Positions 27,787-37,864 of a DNA stretch of 64,000 nucleotides are shown here, piece after piece. A model generated the notes under the pieces. That model ran no database searches. It worked only from the letters and a program-made list of their open reading frames with translations, and was not told where the DNA came from. Made by a program: the position numbers and the translations under genes. The stretch is taken from assembly GCA_038230375.1 (NCBI GenBank), contig JBBRNJ010000029.1, positions 1 to 64,000 on the forward strand. Reading direction: 5' to 3'. Source of the stretch: Polyangiales bacterium (GTDB lineage: Bacteria > Myxococcota_A > Polyangia > Polyangiales > Polyangiaceae). Position 1 is the first letter of the stretch; every line of letters begins with the position of its first letter.

Positions 27787-27815
27787 TCCAACCATTGGCC
27801 TGAGACGGACGTCTA
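27787..27815 (+). promoter_or_regulatory. ECF-type autoregulatory promoter of the sigma gene
   Basis: TCCAACC-N16-CGTCTA ending 8 nt before ATG 27824. Confidence 0.7.
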
Positions 27816-27823
27816 ATTGCTCG

Positions 27824-28495
27824 ATGACCTCTCCTGCCCAGCGCGAGGCCGCTACCGCGGCGCTGCTTGTCGCGCGCGCCAAGGCCGGTGAGCCGCAGGC
27901 GTTCGATGCGCTGGTGCGGCGCTATCGCAAGCGCATCTTCGCGCTCGCGCTCCACCTGTCAGGCTCGGAGAGCGACGCGGACGACATCGTGCAGGACGTG
28001 TTCATCCGCGCGTATCGTGCGCTCGATCAGTTCGAGGGGCGCAGCGAGTTCTTCACGTGGGTGTACCGGCTCACCGTGAATCGCTCGCTCGATGCGCGCC
28101 GCTCCAGCGCTCGCCGGAGCGAGTCGTCGATCGATCTCGCCGACCCTCGTATCGAGCGCGCCATCCAGGTCGATGCGCACGGCGACCCACGACGGGCCGC
28201 AGAGCTGCGTCAGACCTATGCGCGCGCACTCCGCGCGCTGGACGCGCTCCCCGCGGAGATGCGTACGACGGTCGTGCTCGTGGCGCTGCAAGGGCTGTCC
28301 AATGCAGAGGCCGCTGTGGTCCAGCGCTGCTCACGCGGCACCATCGCATGGCGTCTGCACGAAGGTCGTCGGCGTCTCCTGGAAGCGCAGAGCAAGGTCC
28401 CGCAGCGGCAGAAAGACCTCTCCGAGCACCTCGGGCGCCTCCTCGAGGACGCAGGGCTGCCGGCGCTGGACTTCGTCAATCTCGCGAAATTATGA
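27824..28495 (+). CDS. ECF RNA polymerase sigma-70 factor
   Basis: AFDALVRRY, DADDIVQDVF, FEGRSEFFTWVYR (region 2); LVALQGLS..E.A...GTI.WRLH (region 4). Confidence 0.95.
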   Translation: MTSPAQREAATAALLVARAKAGEPQAFDALVRRYRKRIFALALHLSGSESDADDIVQDVFIRAYRALDQFEGRSEFFTWVYRLTVNRSLDARRSSARRSESSIDLADPRIERAIQVDAHGDPRRAAELRQTYARALRALDALPAEMRTTVVLVALQGLSNAEAAVVQRCSRGTIAWRLHEGRRRLLEAQSKVPQRQKDLSEHLGRLLEDAGLPALDFVNLAKL

Positions 28496-28537
28496 CTGGC
28501 CAATGGGGGCAGCGTCCTCCATCTTCCCTGGCCGGAC

Positions 28538-30004
28538 ATGTTCGAGAGTCGCAAGCAGCGCAACGCCGCGCGACGCGCGATGGACGCCGCAACGTCCTAC
28601 GAGGCCTGGCTCGACGCCGCGCGGGAGCTTGACCGGCTCGATGGGCTCCAGGCGTGGGTCGAGGACGACGACTCGTCTTGCTACGACGCGGCCCAGGTGC
28701 GGCGCGCGATCCGGGAGCTCCGCGCCGCGCGCCTCGGCAATGAGCCCGTGAAGCTGGCGGAGCTCCTGGTCCAGGCCATCGACCAGCTCGGCTCCCAGAT
28801 CACCGCGCTTCGCCTCTACTGCGAGACGTACACGGGCGAGAGCAAGCGACTGCCGCGCGAGCTCCTTGGCGAGACCGTGCTTGCGCTCACCTACCTGGAG
28901 AGCGAACCGATGGAGGGCTATCCCGACGCGATGAAGCTCGCGCTCTTCAAGCAGAACGCGCACCGCTTTGGTCGCTCCGCGCTCATGCTAAGCGGCGGCG
29001 CCACGATGGGCATCTACCATCTCGGCGTGGTCAAGGCGCTCTTCGGCGCTCGCCTGCTGCCCACTGTGGTGTGCGGTTCGAGCATGGGCGCCATCGTGGC
29101 CGCTGGGGTCTGCACCCGCGATGACGACGGACTCCGCGAGTTCTTCGACCGGCCCCAGCACATCCATCGCGAGGCGTTGAAGCGGAAGCGGGTGCTGGAC
29201 GTGGCGTCGGAGCGCTCGCTCTTCGACACGGCCCAGCTGCTCGAGCACGTTCGCAACAACGTGCAGGGCGACATGACGTTCCTGGAGGCGTTCAAGAAGA
29301 CCGGGCGGCTCCTCAACATCTCGGTATCGCCAGTTCACGCCCGCCAGAAGCCGCGCATCCTGAATCACATCACCACGCCGGACCTGCTCATCGCGCAGAG
29401 CGCCGTGGCCTCGTGCGCGATGCCATTCCTCTATCCGCCGGCGATGTTGATGGCGCGCGATGCGAGCGGCGCCACCGTGCCCTACCTTCCAGAGGAGCGC
29501 TGGCTCGACGGCTCGGTCGCTGGCGATCTTCCGATGGCGCGCGTGAGCCGCCTCCACAACGTCAACCACTTCATCGTCAGCCAGACCAACCCCCACGTGT
29601 ATCTGATGGTGAGCCGCAGCGAGACGCCGCCGCTGCCCTACATCGCCTTCGAGACCGCCGGCTCCGCAGTGCGTGCGCAGGCGCGCAGCCTGCTCGGTAG
29701 CGCGCGCAAGTACGTTCACAACGAGCACCTGCGACCTGCGCTGGATCAGGTGTACTCGCTCACGGCGCAGCCCTACCTGGGCGACATCAACCTGCATCCA
29801 CGCGTGGATCCGCGGATGTTGCGCAAGTTCATCTCGAACCCGACCATCGAGGACATCGAGAGCTTCATCATGGAGGGCCAGCGCGTGACGTGGCCCAAGC
29901 TACCCATGATCCGCGACCAGACGCTGATCAGCCGCACGTTCGCGGAGGTGATCGCGCGGGTCGAGGCGCGCGTCTCCCGGACACAGCGCGGCTCGGTTGC
30001 ATGA
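28538..30004 (+). CDS. DUF3336 + patatin triacylglycerol-lipase-like protein
   Basis: ATSYEAWLDAARELD N-domain; LSGGATMG; GSSMG; WLDGS; LHNVNHFIVSQTNPH. Confidence 0.9.
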   Translation: MFESRKQRNAARRAMDAATSYEAWLDAARELDRLDGLQAWVEDDDSSCYDAAQVRRAIRELRAARLGNEPVKLAELLVQAIDQLGSQITALRLYCETYTGESKRLPRELLGETVLALTYLESEPMEGYPDAMKLALFKQNAHRFGRSALMLSGGATMGIYHLGVVKALFGARLLPTVVCGSSMGAIVAAGVCTRDDDGLREFFDRPQHIHREALKRKRVLDVASERSLFDTAQLLEHVRNNVQGDMTFLEAFKKTGRLLNISVSPVHARQKPRILNHITTPDLLIAQSAVASCAMPFLYPPAMLMARDASGATVPYLPEERWLDGSVAGDLPMARVSRLHNVNHFIVSQTNPHVYLMVSRSETPPLPYIAFETAGSAVRAQARSLLGSARKYVHNEHLRPALDQVYSLTAQPYLGDINLHPRVDPRMLRKFISNPTIEDIESFIMEGQRVTWPKLPMIRDQTLISRTFAEVIARVEARVSRTQRGSVA

Positions 30005-30540
30005 GCGCGCAGCATCACTCACTGCGGGTCCTCCGCGCGGGTCGGGACACGACGATTCTCACCACGCTGTGCACCGCGTGTCCGCATGGCGCGAAGGGTT
30101 GTTGCGTGGTGCCGCCGCGGCTGGCGCTCGCAGACATCGCGCGCATCGTCGCGCACGGAGGGCGTGATTGGCTCCTGGGTGAGCTCGCTGCCGGCCGGAT
30201 CGTCGCGAAGGACGCGTGGCTGATCCTGACGCGCGCGGAGGCGTGCGTGTATCTGGGAGAGCACGGCTGCACGATCGCCCACGAACGACGCCCGGCAACG
30301 TGCAACTTCTACGTCTGCGAGAGCGCGCTCGAAGCCGGCGACGAATCGGCAGCCACGGCACGAGCTGCGCGTGACAAGATCGAGAGCGACTACGCCAGGT
30401 GGGACGCCGAGCTCACCGCACTGTCGCAAGCGCGAGCGCCTGACGGGATCGTGTTCGACGCGAGCACGCTCGATCGTCTCGCGACCGATCTAGACGAGCG
30501 GGCGCTCGCGTCCCACCTCGACCCCCAGATCGCCTCGTGA
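30001..30540 (+). CDS. YkgJ-like Cys-cluster protein
   Basis: CTAC....GCC, CVYLG..GC.I...RP..C..Y.C; ATGA coupling with the upstream gene. Confidence 0.75.
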   Translation: MSAQHHSLRVLRAGRDTTILTTLCTACPHGAKGCCVVPPRLALADIARIVAHGGRDWLLGELAAGRIVAKDAWLILTRAEACVYLGEHGCTIAHERRPATCNFYVCESALEAGDESAATARAARDKIESDYARWDAELTALSQARAPDGIVFDASTLDRLATDLDERALASHLDPQIAS

Positions 30541-30552
30541 TACGCCGCGATC

Positions 30553-31134
30553 ATGTCCTTCGAAGACGCTCGTGTCATGGCCGCCACCGAGCTTGGCACC
30601 GCGCTCGACCGCGAGGTCGCGGGCGTCGTTGGTGACGCGCCGCCGCTTGTCTCCATTCACGTGGATCGCAAGAGCGACGACGACTTCGAGGTCACGGTGA
30701 TGGTGAGCATCGCGACGTCACCAACGACGACGCGGCAAGCGGGAACGTGGACGCTCCGCAGGATTGACCTCATGCGCCTGCGTGCCGTTGTTTCCTGGGC
30801 GAGCGCGAAGCACGCCAAGGCGCGCGCGACGTTCGCGAAGTGGCCGGGATGGTCCACGTCGCACGAGGCCAACGCGCGCGAGCTCGCCCGCGTGTTCGAC
30901 GCCGTTCCCACGCACGTCACCGTGTGGCGCGGCATGCCCACGTCGGAGCGCGGCGAGCCGGCAACGGGGCAGCCCTCGATCGTCCTCATGCTCGACGCGC
31001 ACGGCCTGGAGATCGAGACCTGTCTCCACCTCGAGTACACGGCAGAGGAGGGGCACGCAGGCGTCCTTGCCACCGTCACGAAGACCGGTGAGGCTCTTGC
31101 GAACTCGCTCGGCGTGCGCTGCGACATCGGGTAG
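30553..31134 (+). CDS. Hypothetical protein
   Basis: In-operon ORF with GC3-biased codons; no family recognised. Confidence 0.65.
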   Translation: MSFEDARVMAATELGTALDREVAGVVGDAPPLVSIHVDRKSDDDFEVTVMVSIATSPTTTRQAGTWTLRRIDLMRLRAVVSWASAKHAKARATFAKWPGWSTSHEANARELARVFDAVPTHVTVWRGMPTSERGEPATGQPSIVLMLDAHGLEIETCLHLEYTAEEGHAGVLATVTKTGEALANSLGVRCDIG

Positions 31135-31146
31135 CGTCGAGACACG

Positions 31147-31800
31147 GTGGACGACTCGCTCCGGCAAAAGGCGCGAAAGGCGCGCGCAGAGGTACGCGCT
31201 GGCGTGCTCCGGGGCACCGCCCTCATGGACCGCCTCTCTTCGCTCCCATTTCACGAGCGCGACGACTGGGCCGACGAGCTCCTGGGTGTCGAAGGTCCAC
31301 CACCGGACGTCCCGCTCCCGCGCGGCTCGGTGCCGTACCTGCCGTGCGGTGTGGACGAGGTTCTTTCGATGGCCCGCGACGTCCCCGTGCGACCGGACGA
31401 CGTGGTGGTGGATCTGGGATCGGGGCTTGGACGCGTCGTCATCCTCGCGCACCTGCTCACGGGCGCGCGAGCACATGGCGTGGAGATCCAGGAACCGCTG
31501 GTGCGCAGCGCAAGAGCGCATTGCGCCGCGCTCGCGCTCCCTCTTGTCTCGTTCGAGCACGCCAACGCCGTGGACGTCGAGCTGGATGGCTCGATCTTTT
31601 TTCTCTACGCACCATTCAATGGCGAGATGTTGACGGCCGTGCTCCGCAACCTGGAGGCGGTGGCACGTAGGCGCGCGATCGTGCTGTGCACGGTCGGCCT
31701 CGAATTTCGCGATGTTCCGTGGTTGTTCCCACGGAAGACCTCGAACGTATCGCTCGCGCTCTATGATTCTCGGGTGTCGGGCGTTCCGCGTCGCGATTGA
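31147..31800 (+). CDS. Class I SAM-dependent methyltransferase
   Basis: VVDLGSGLGR, GVEIQ, FFLYAPF. Confidence 0.88.
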   Translation: MDDSLRQKARKARAEVRAGVLRGTALMDRLSSLPFHERDDWADELLGVEGPPPDVPLPRGSVPYLPCGVDEVLSMARDVPVRPDDVVVDLGSGLGRVVILAHLLTGARAHGVEIQEPLVRSARAHCAALALPLVSFEHANAVDVELDGSIFFLYAPFNGEMLTAVLRNLEAVARRRAIVLCTVGLEFRDVPWLFPRKTSNVSLALYDSRVSGVPRRD

Positions 31801-31849
31801 CGGCGCGGCCCGACATCGGTGCTAACTTCAGGAACAGGAGGGCGGCGCA

Positions 31850-32701
31850 ATGCACGCCTGGTTCGAGCTCATCGGTTCTGTCTTGCGTCCGCGACGTTCT
31901 GGCCTCGAGCGATGCAGGCAAGAGCGTGAGGGGTATGTCGTTGCGCGGCGCGCCAAGTCCGAGCGCACCACGCGTGCAGTCAAGGACTGCGAGCGCAGCA
32001 TCGAGACGCTGCGGGCCCAGCTCTTTGCGGCCAACGACGGCTTCGTCGGCGCGCGGATGACGGAGCTCGAGCGCACGTGGCGCACGCTCTCCCGCGTGGA
32101 CCCGGACGCGGGGCTCATGGACCTCTGGGCGCGGATCGCACCCGCCTCGTGGATCGATCAGAAGCGCTGGCGCGGCAGCTCGTCCACCACGCGGCTGGAT
32201 GCTGCCACCCTACTCGCTGCGGATGTCTCGGGCGTCGAGGCTGCCGAGTCGGCGGTGCGGTCACTCGGCCTTGCACTCGCAGCCTGGGGCACGCCGCTTG
32301 GCTCCAGGATCCAGTGGCGCTTGCCGGATGAAGAGACGCAAGACCGTCCAGATCATGCGGAGGCTCTGCTCGCGACGCCGCTGCGCGCTGCAAGCGAAGC
32401 GCTCGTCGCCTCTGACGTGGAAGAGATCGTCGTGGGTCGCGCCCGCCGCTTCCAGGACGAGGTCCGCGAGGCCGCGCGCAGCCGGATCCCAGAGCGCCCG
32501 GACCTGGTGCGGAGCATCGCGCACGCTGCCTTCGTGGACTACCTGTTTGACGCCGTCGCCCGCGGAAGTGACGCGCGTAGTGCCCAGCGCGGCCTCGGTG
32601 ATCGCCCGAACCCCGTGGTGCCGCTGAGCGCGCTGTGGGCGACCGGGTACGCGATCGCTGCCGTTGACTCGTCTGGCGTGACGCTCGAAATCCCGGCCTG
32701 A
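31850..32701 (+). CDS. Hypothetical protein
   Basis: AGGAGG RBS; coiled N-terminal region; NPVVPL..LW..GY C-terminus. Confidence 0.7.
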   Translation: MHAWFELIGSVLRPRRSGLERCRQEREGYVVARRAKSERTTRAVKDCERSIETLRAQLFAANDGFVGARMTELERTWRTLSRVDPDAGLMDLWARIAPASWIDQKRWRGSSSTTRLDAATLLAADVSGVEAAESAVRSLGLALAAWGTPLGSRIQWRLPDEETQDRPDHAEALLATPLRAASEALVASDVEEIVVGRARRFQDEVREAARSRIPERPDLVRSIAHAAFVDYLFDAVARGSDARSAQRGLGDRPNPVVPLSALWATGYAIAAVDSSGVTLEIPA

Positions 32702-32716
32702 CATCACCGCGCGACC

Positions 32717-33947
32717 TCACCGCGCGACTGAGCGCGCGGCTTCCCAGAGGCGGTTGACGCGCTCGAGGACGGAGCGTGGGTGCATGGTGCCCTTGTAGAC
32801 GTAGAGCGCCGCCGGAGCATCCGCGGGCAAGACGGCCTCGCTCACGCGGAGCCGCTCGCTCACCGCGAAGAGGATCGGCGCCGAGAGCCCGGCCTGCACC
32901 AGCTCCACGCGCTTCCACACGGCGTCGCGGCTCCAGTAGCCCATCGACTCCACATACACGGTTCGTCCGTCGCGCTCGAGCGCCAGGTCCGGCACGCACA
33001 GCCCCACGCCGGCGAGCTCCAGGATGGCGTCCGCAGGTCGCGCGCGCCATGCGGGGTCGAGCGCCTCGATCGCCTTCGCGAGCGCCTTCACGTCATCCGC
33101 GAGCCACCTGGGTGCAGGCGCGGCGCGGGCTCCCACCATCTTCTCCACCCGAGATTCTCCGTCTATGCGGAAGAGCAGCGGAGCACGGTCGTTCCCCCAG
33201 AGCACCTCCGCCGCAAGCGACCATGCGTCGCAGCCATCCAGCGCCGGCAGCACCATCGCAAGCTCGAGGCCGTACTTCGTGGCCGACTCGAACAGCGAGA
33301 ATGGGCCATCGATCGTGATGCGATGACCGTCTTCGAGCTTCTCGATCACGTGGAGCAGACGCAGGAACTTGAGCTTGCGAAAGAGCGCGCGCGTGGCCCC
33401 GGCCGAGGCGGTCACGTCCACCACGATCTTGGTCGCACGCAAGAGGACAGCCTGGGCCTGGCCGCGCTCGAACGCGTGCACCAGCGCCGCGGGACCGATG
33501 GCATCGAACGCGAGCAGCTTGTGCGCAGCGCGCAGATCCGAGAACAGCGCTCGCTCCACGACCTGCTCGGTGACGTTGCGTGCGGTCGCGGCAGCCAAGA
33601 GGATCTCGGACCGCACGAACGTCCCATTCTTTCGAGCGGCAGCTGCGTGCTGGAACACGTCCCGTCGCAGCCGCTCCGGCTCGAGGTCCGGGCTCGCCTG
33701 GACAGCCTCGAACGTGCAGCGATCCAGCAGCAGCTTGGTGAGCCCCGCCTTCGTCTTCTGATCCTTCGCGTCCGCTTCCACCGCAGAAAGCGCGTCCTCA
33801 ACGTCCTTCCTGGACGCGCCGTCTTCGGTCCGCAACATCGTGATGCAGTCGACCATGAGCCCAGCGACCGCAAGCGCGCGCTCCCTTGCGTCGGCCTTGA
33901 ACGCGACAAGCCGCAGCTCATTGCCCTTCCGGCGCACGTTGACCAGA

Positions 33948-33961
<14 letters not shown>
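32717..33961 (-). CDS. DUF790 / Bax1-like PD-(D/E)XK nuclease
   Basis: GTG start MLTADL; AQAVLLRA; KLKFLRLLH; IDGP.SLF...KYG; VPDL..VYVE.MGYW. Confidence 0.9.
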
Positions 33962-35306
<1,345 letters not shown>

Positions 35307-35375
35307 CGATACGGACCTGTCGCCCCAGCCATGTCGCGCCTCCGGGCCCGATGCTAGCCGTGATACTCTCATGGC

Positions 35376-36245
35376 GTGATGCCGCTCGGTGCGAGTACCC
35401 GAAAATCAGCCTCACGCGCCATCTGGATCGCCACGTCGATCGCGGTCGCGCTCGTGGGCTGCGGTCTCGCCAGCGTGGGCACGGGTCAGCTCGCGAGCGA
35501 GCAAGACGCCGCGGGCTCCGACGCCACCGTCTCCGACGCCAGGACCGGCGACGGCGGCGGGAGCGGGCTGGTCGACGGTGGCTCTTCGGGCGACGCTGGT
35601 GTGCCGCTCGAGGGTGGCTGCTTCGTGCTCGTGAGCGACGACTTCTCCAATCCCGATCCGCGCTGGGTTGTCATGAACGACGGCACGTTCGCTGGTGGTG
35701 CCGCCGTGCTCGTACAGCCGCAGATCCTTCACCGCGGGGGCATCTTCATGGCCGTTGATGCAGCGATCCCGCCGAGCACGCTGCACGCCACGTTCACCAT
35801 GCTCATGGCTGCCGACGCAGGTCCGGCCGATGCCGCTCCTGGCGACGGGATCATGCTCGCGTGGGCCTCGGACCTGTCCACGCCACCGCTGGGCGGCACG
35901 GGCTCGGAGATGGGCTTCTGTCCAGACTCCAACAGCGCAAGCCGCGGCCCGAACGGGGCGGCACTGGCGCTTCACGTGAGCCCGTACATTGGCGCATCGC
36001 AGCGCGAATCGGACGGCGGCTACTGCGTCGTCAACAACAACCCTGTGCCGGTCGCGTTCACCGGGTCGCAGAAGGTCGCTGTGTCCGTCACGGGCGTCTA
36101 CATCGATGGTGGCGTCGGCAGCACCGCGTTCAACTTCGAGCTCTCGAAGGCCGTTCCCATTCGCTGGATCGGCTTCACCGCGGGGACCGGCGGCGACGTC
36201 GCCACCTTCTCCGTCGACAACGTGGTCATCACGATCTGCCCTTAG
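35376..36245 (+). CDS. Lipoprotein with L-type-lectin/ConA-like domain
   Basis: Lipobox LVGC; DGG linker; SDDFS; GDGI; WIGFTAGTGG; VDNV. Confidence 0.75.
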   Translation: MMPLGASTRKSASRAIWIATSIAVALVGCGLASVGTGQLASEQDAAGSDATVSDARTGDGGGSGLVDGGSSGDAGVPLEGGCFVLVSDDFSNPDPRWVVMNDGTFAGGAAVLVQPQILHRGGIFMAVDAAIPPSTLHATFTMLMAADAGPADAAPGDGIMLAWASDLSTPPLGGTGSEMGFCPDSNSASRGPNGAALALHVSPYIGASQRESDGGYCVVNNNPVPVAFTGSQKVAVSVTGVYIDGGVGSTAFNFELSKAVPIRWIGFTAGTGGDVATFSVDNVVITICP

Positions 36246-36891
36246 GACGCGCGGGCGGGGCGAGCAGCGCAAGTGTGGTCTCGCCGACCGATAGTGCGCT
36301 CACGGGAAGATCGAGCTCGATCATCGCGGTGACTCCGAGCGCGAGCGCCGTCATGAGCATGGTGACCTGCTCCGGCGTCACGTCCTTGCGGAGCGCGTTC
36401 TCGCGAAGGTCGCGCGTGAGACCGTCCGCGATGAGGTGCTGCGCCTTCTTCACCATCGCCCGGTAACGCTGCCCCACGACCTTCGATCGCTGACAGGCCT
36501 CCATGAGGTGGTGGAAGCGGATCGCCTTGCCGCCGTGGACCGCGGCGTCGCGCGCATCTGCGGCCATGCAGAAGAAGCGCACTGCCTGCGCGACGCCTCC
36601 GCTCTCGAAGGACGCGGCGGACGTGAGCACGTCCAGGAACTGCCCCAGTACGTGATCCATCACGGAGACCAGGAAGTCCTCCCGATCCTTGAAGTGCACG
36701 TAGAACGCGCCGCGCGTGAATCCGGCGCGCGCGCAGATCTGATCCAGGCTCGGCGCCTCGAGTCCGTGCTCCGACAGCTCGGCCAGGCCGGCCGCAAGCA
36801 GTGCCTGCCGCGTCTCTTGCTTCTGGGCGTCGCGGTCCGCAGGCGTCGGCTTGCGACGCACGGGCTCACGACGCGCGTTCTTTCCAGGCAT
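36229..36891 (-). CDS. TetR/AcrR-family regulator
   Basis: LDQICARAGFTRGAFYVHFKDRE HTH. Confidence 0.95.
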   Translation of the reverse strand: MPGKNARREPVRRKPTPADRDAQKQETRQALLAAGLAELSEHGLEAPSLDQICARAGFTRGAFYVHFKDREDFLVSVMDHVLGQFLDVLTSAASFESGGVAQAVRFFCMAADARDAAVHGGKAIRFHHLMEACQRSKVVGQRYRAMVKKAQHLIADGLTRDLRENALRKDVTPEQVTMLMTALALGVTAMIELDLPVSALSVGETTLALLAPPARPKGRS

Positions 36892-36898
36892 CCGTTTG

Positions 36899-36949
36899 AC
36901 ATACCAGTTCGTATGTGACAAGAGAAGGCCACATACGAGTCCGTATGTG
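36899..36949. promoter_or_regulatory. Two palindromic TetR operators
   Basis: ACATAC-N6-GTATGT at 36899-36916 and 36931-36948; the first overlaps TTGACA. Confidence 0.85.
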
Positions 36950-36964
36950 AGAGGTGAATGCCCG

Positions 36965-37858
36965 ATGAGTGTTCAGAAGATCGTCCTCGTCACTGGTGCC
37001 AGCTCCGGAATCGGGCGCGCAGCTGCGCTGTCGCTCGCGCGAGGCGGCTACTGGGTGTTCGCCGGAGCCAGGCGAATCGCTGCGCTCGAGGCGCTCCGTG
37101 CGGAGCTCGCCGATGCCGGTGACGTGAAGAACGGCGGCCGCATCACGCCGCTGCCCTTGGACATGGACGACCCGAAGAGCATCGCAGACGCAGTCGCTGC
37201 GATCGGCGCGGCCACGGATGGCTACGGCGTGGACGTGCTGGTGAACAACGCCGGCTTCGCAACGGCCGGTGCGCTCGCCGAGCTGGGCGATGCCGACCTG
37301 CGCGCGCAGTTCGAGACGAACGTCTTCGGCCTGATGTCACTGACGCGCGCGCTCTTGCCGGCCATGTTCGAGCGTGGCGCCGGTCGCGTCATCAACGTGA
37401 GCAGCGTGAGCGGGCGCATTCCAGCGCCCATGCTCGGCGCCTACCACGCGAGCAAGTACGCGCTGGAGGCCCTGTCCGACGCGCTCCGCATGGAGCTCCA
37501 GCCGTTCGGGATCAAGGTCGTCATCGTGGAGCCTGGGACCATTCGCACGGAGTTCGCGAACCGAACGACAGGGGAGGCCACGCGCGCCAGGACTGGTCCC
37601 ACGCGCTACGGGCACCTCTACGAAGAGATGGCCACCTTCGAGTCCACATTCGACAAGATGGCCTCCGGGCCCGAGCACGTGGTCCGTGCGATCGAGCGAG
37701 CAGCCGCCGCGAGCCACCCGAGGACGCGTTACGTCGCGCCTGCGCGGTTCATGGCCCTCATCGCGTTGGTCGCCATCTTGCCCACGTGCCTGACGGACGC
37801 GATCACGCGCAGGCTGTTCGGCCTCACCCCGCGCCTGGCAAAGCTCGCCTCACGCTAG
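36965..37858 (+). CDS. Short-chain dehydrogenase/reductase
   Basis: TGASSGIG, NNAG, YHASK, VEPG. Confidence 0.95.
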   Translation: MSVQKIVLVTGASSGIGRAAALSLARGGYWVFAGARRIAALEALRAELADAGDVKNGGRITPLPLDMDDPKSIADAVAAIGAATDGYGVDVLVNNAGFATAGALAELGDADLRAQFETNVFGLMSLTRALLPAMFERGAGRVINVSSVSGRIPAPMLGAYHASKYALEALSDALRMELQPFGIKVVIVEPGTIRTEFANRTTGEATRARTGPTRYGHLYEEMATFESTFDKMASGPEHVVRAIERAAAASHPRTRYVAPARFMALIALVAILPTCLTDAITRRLFGLTPRLAKLASR

Positions 37859-37864
37859 GACGCG

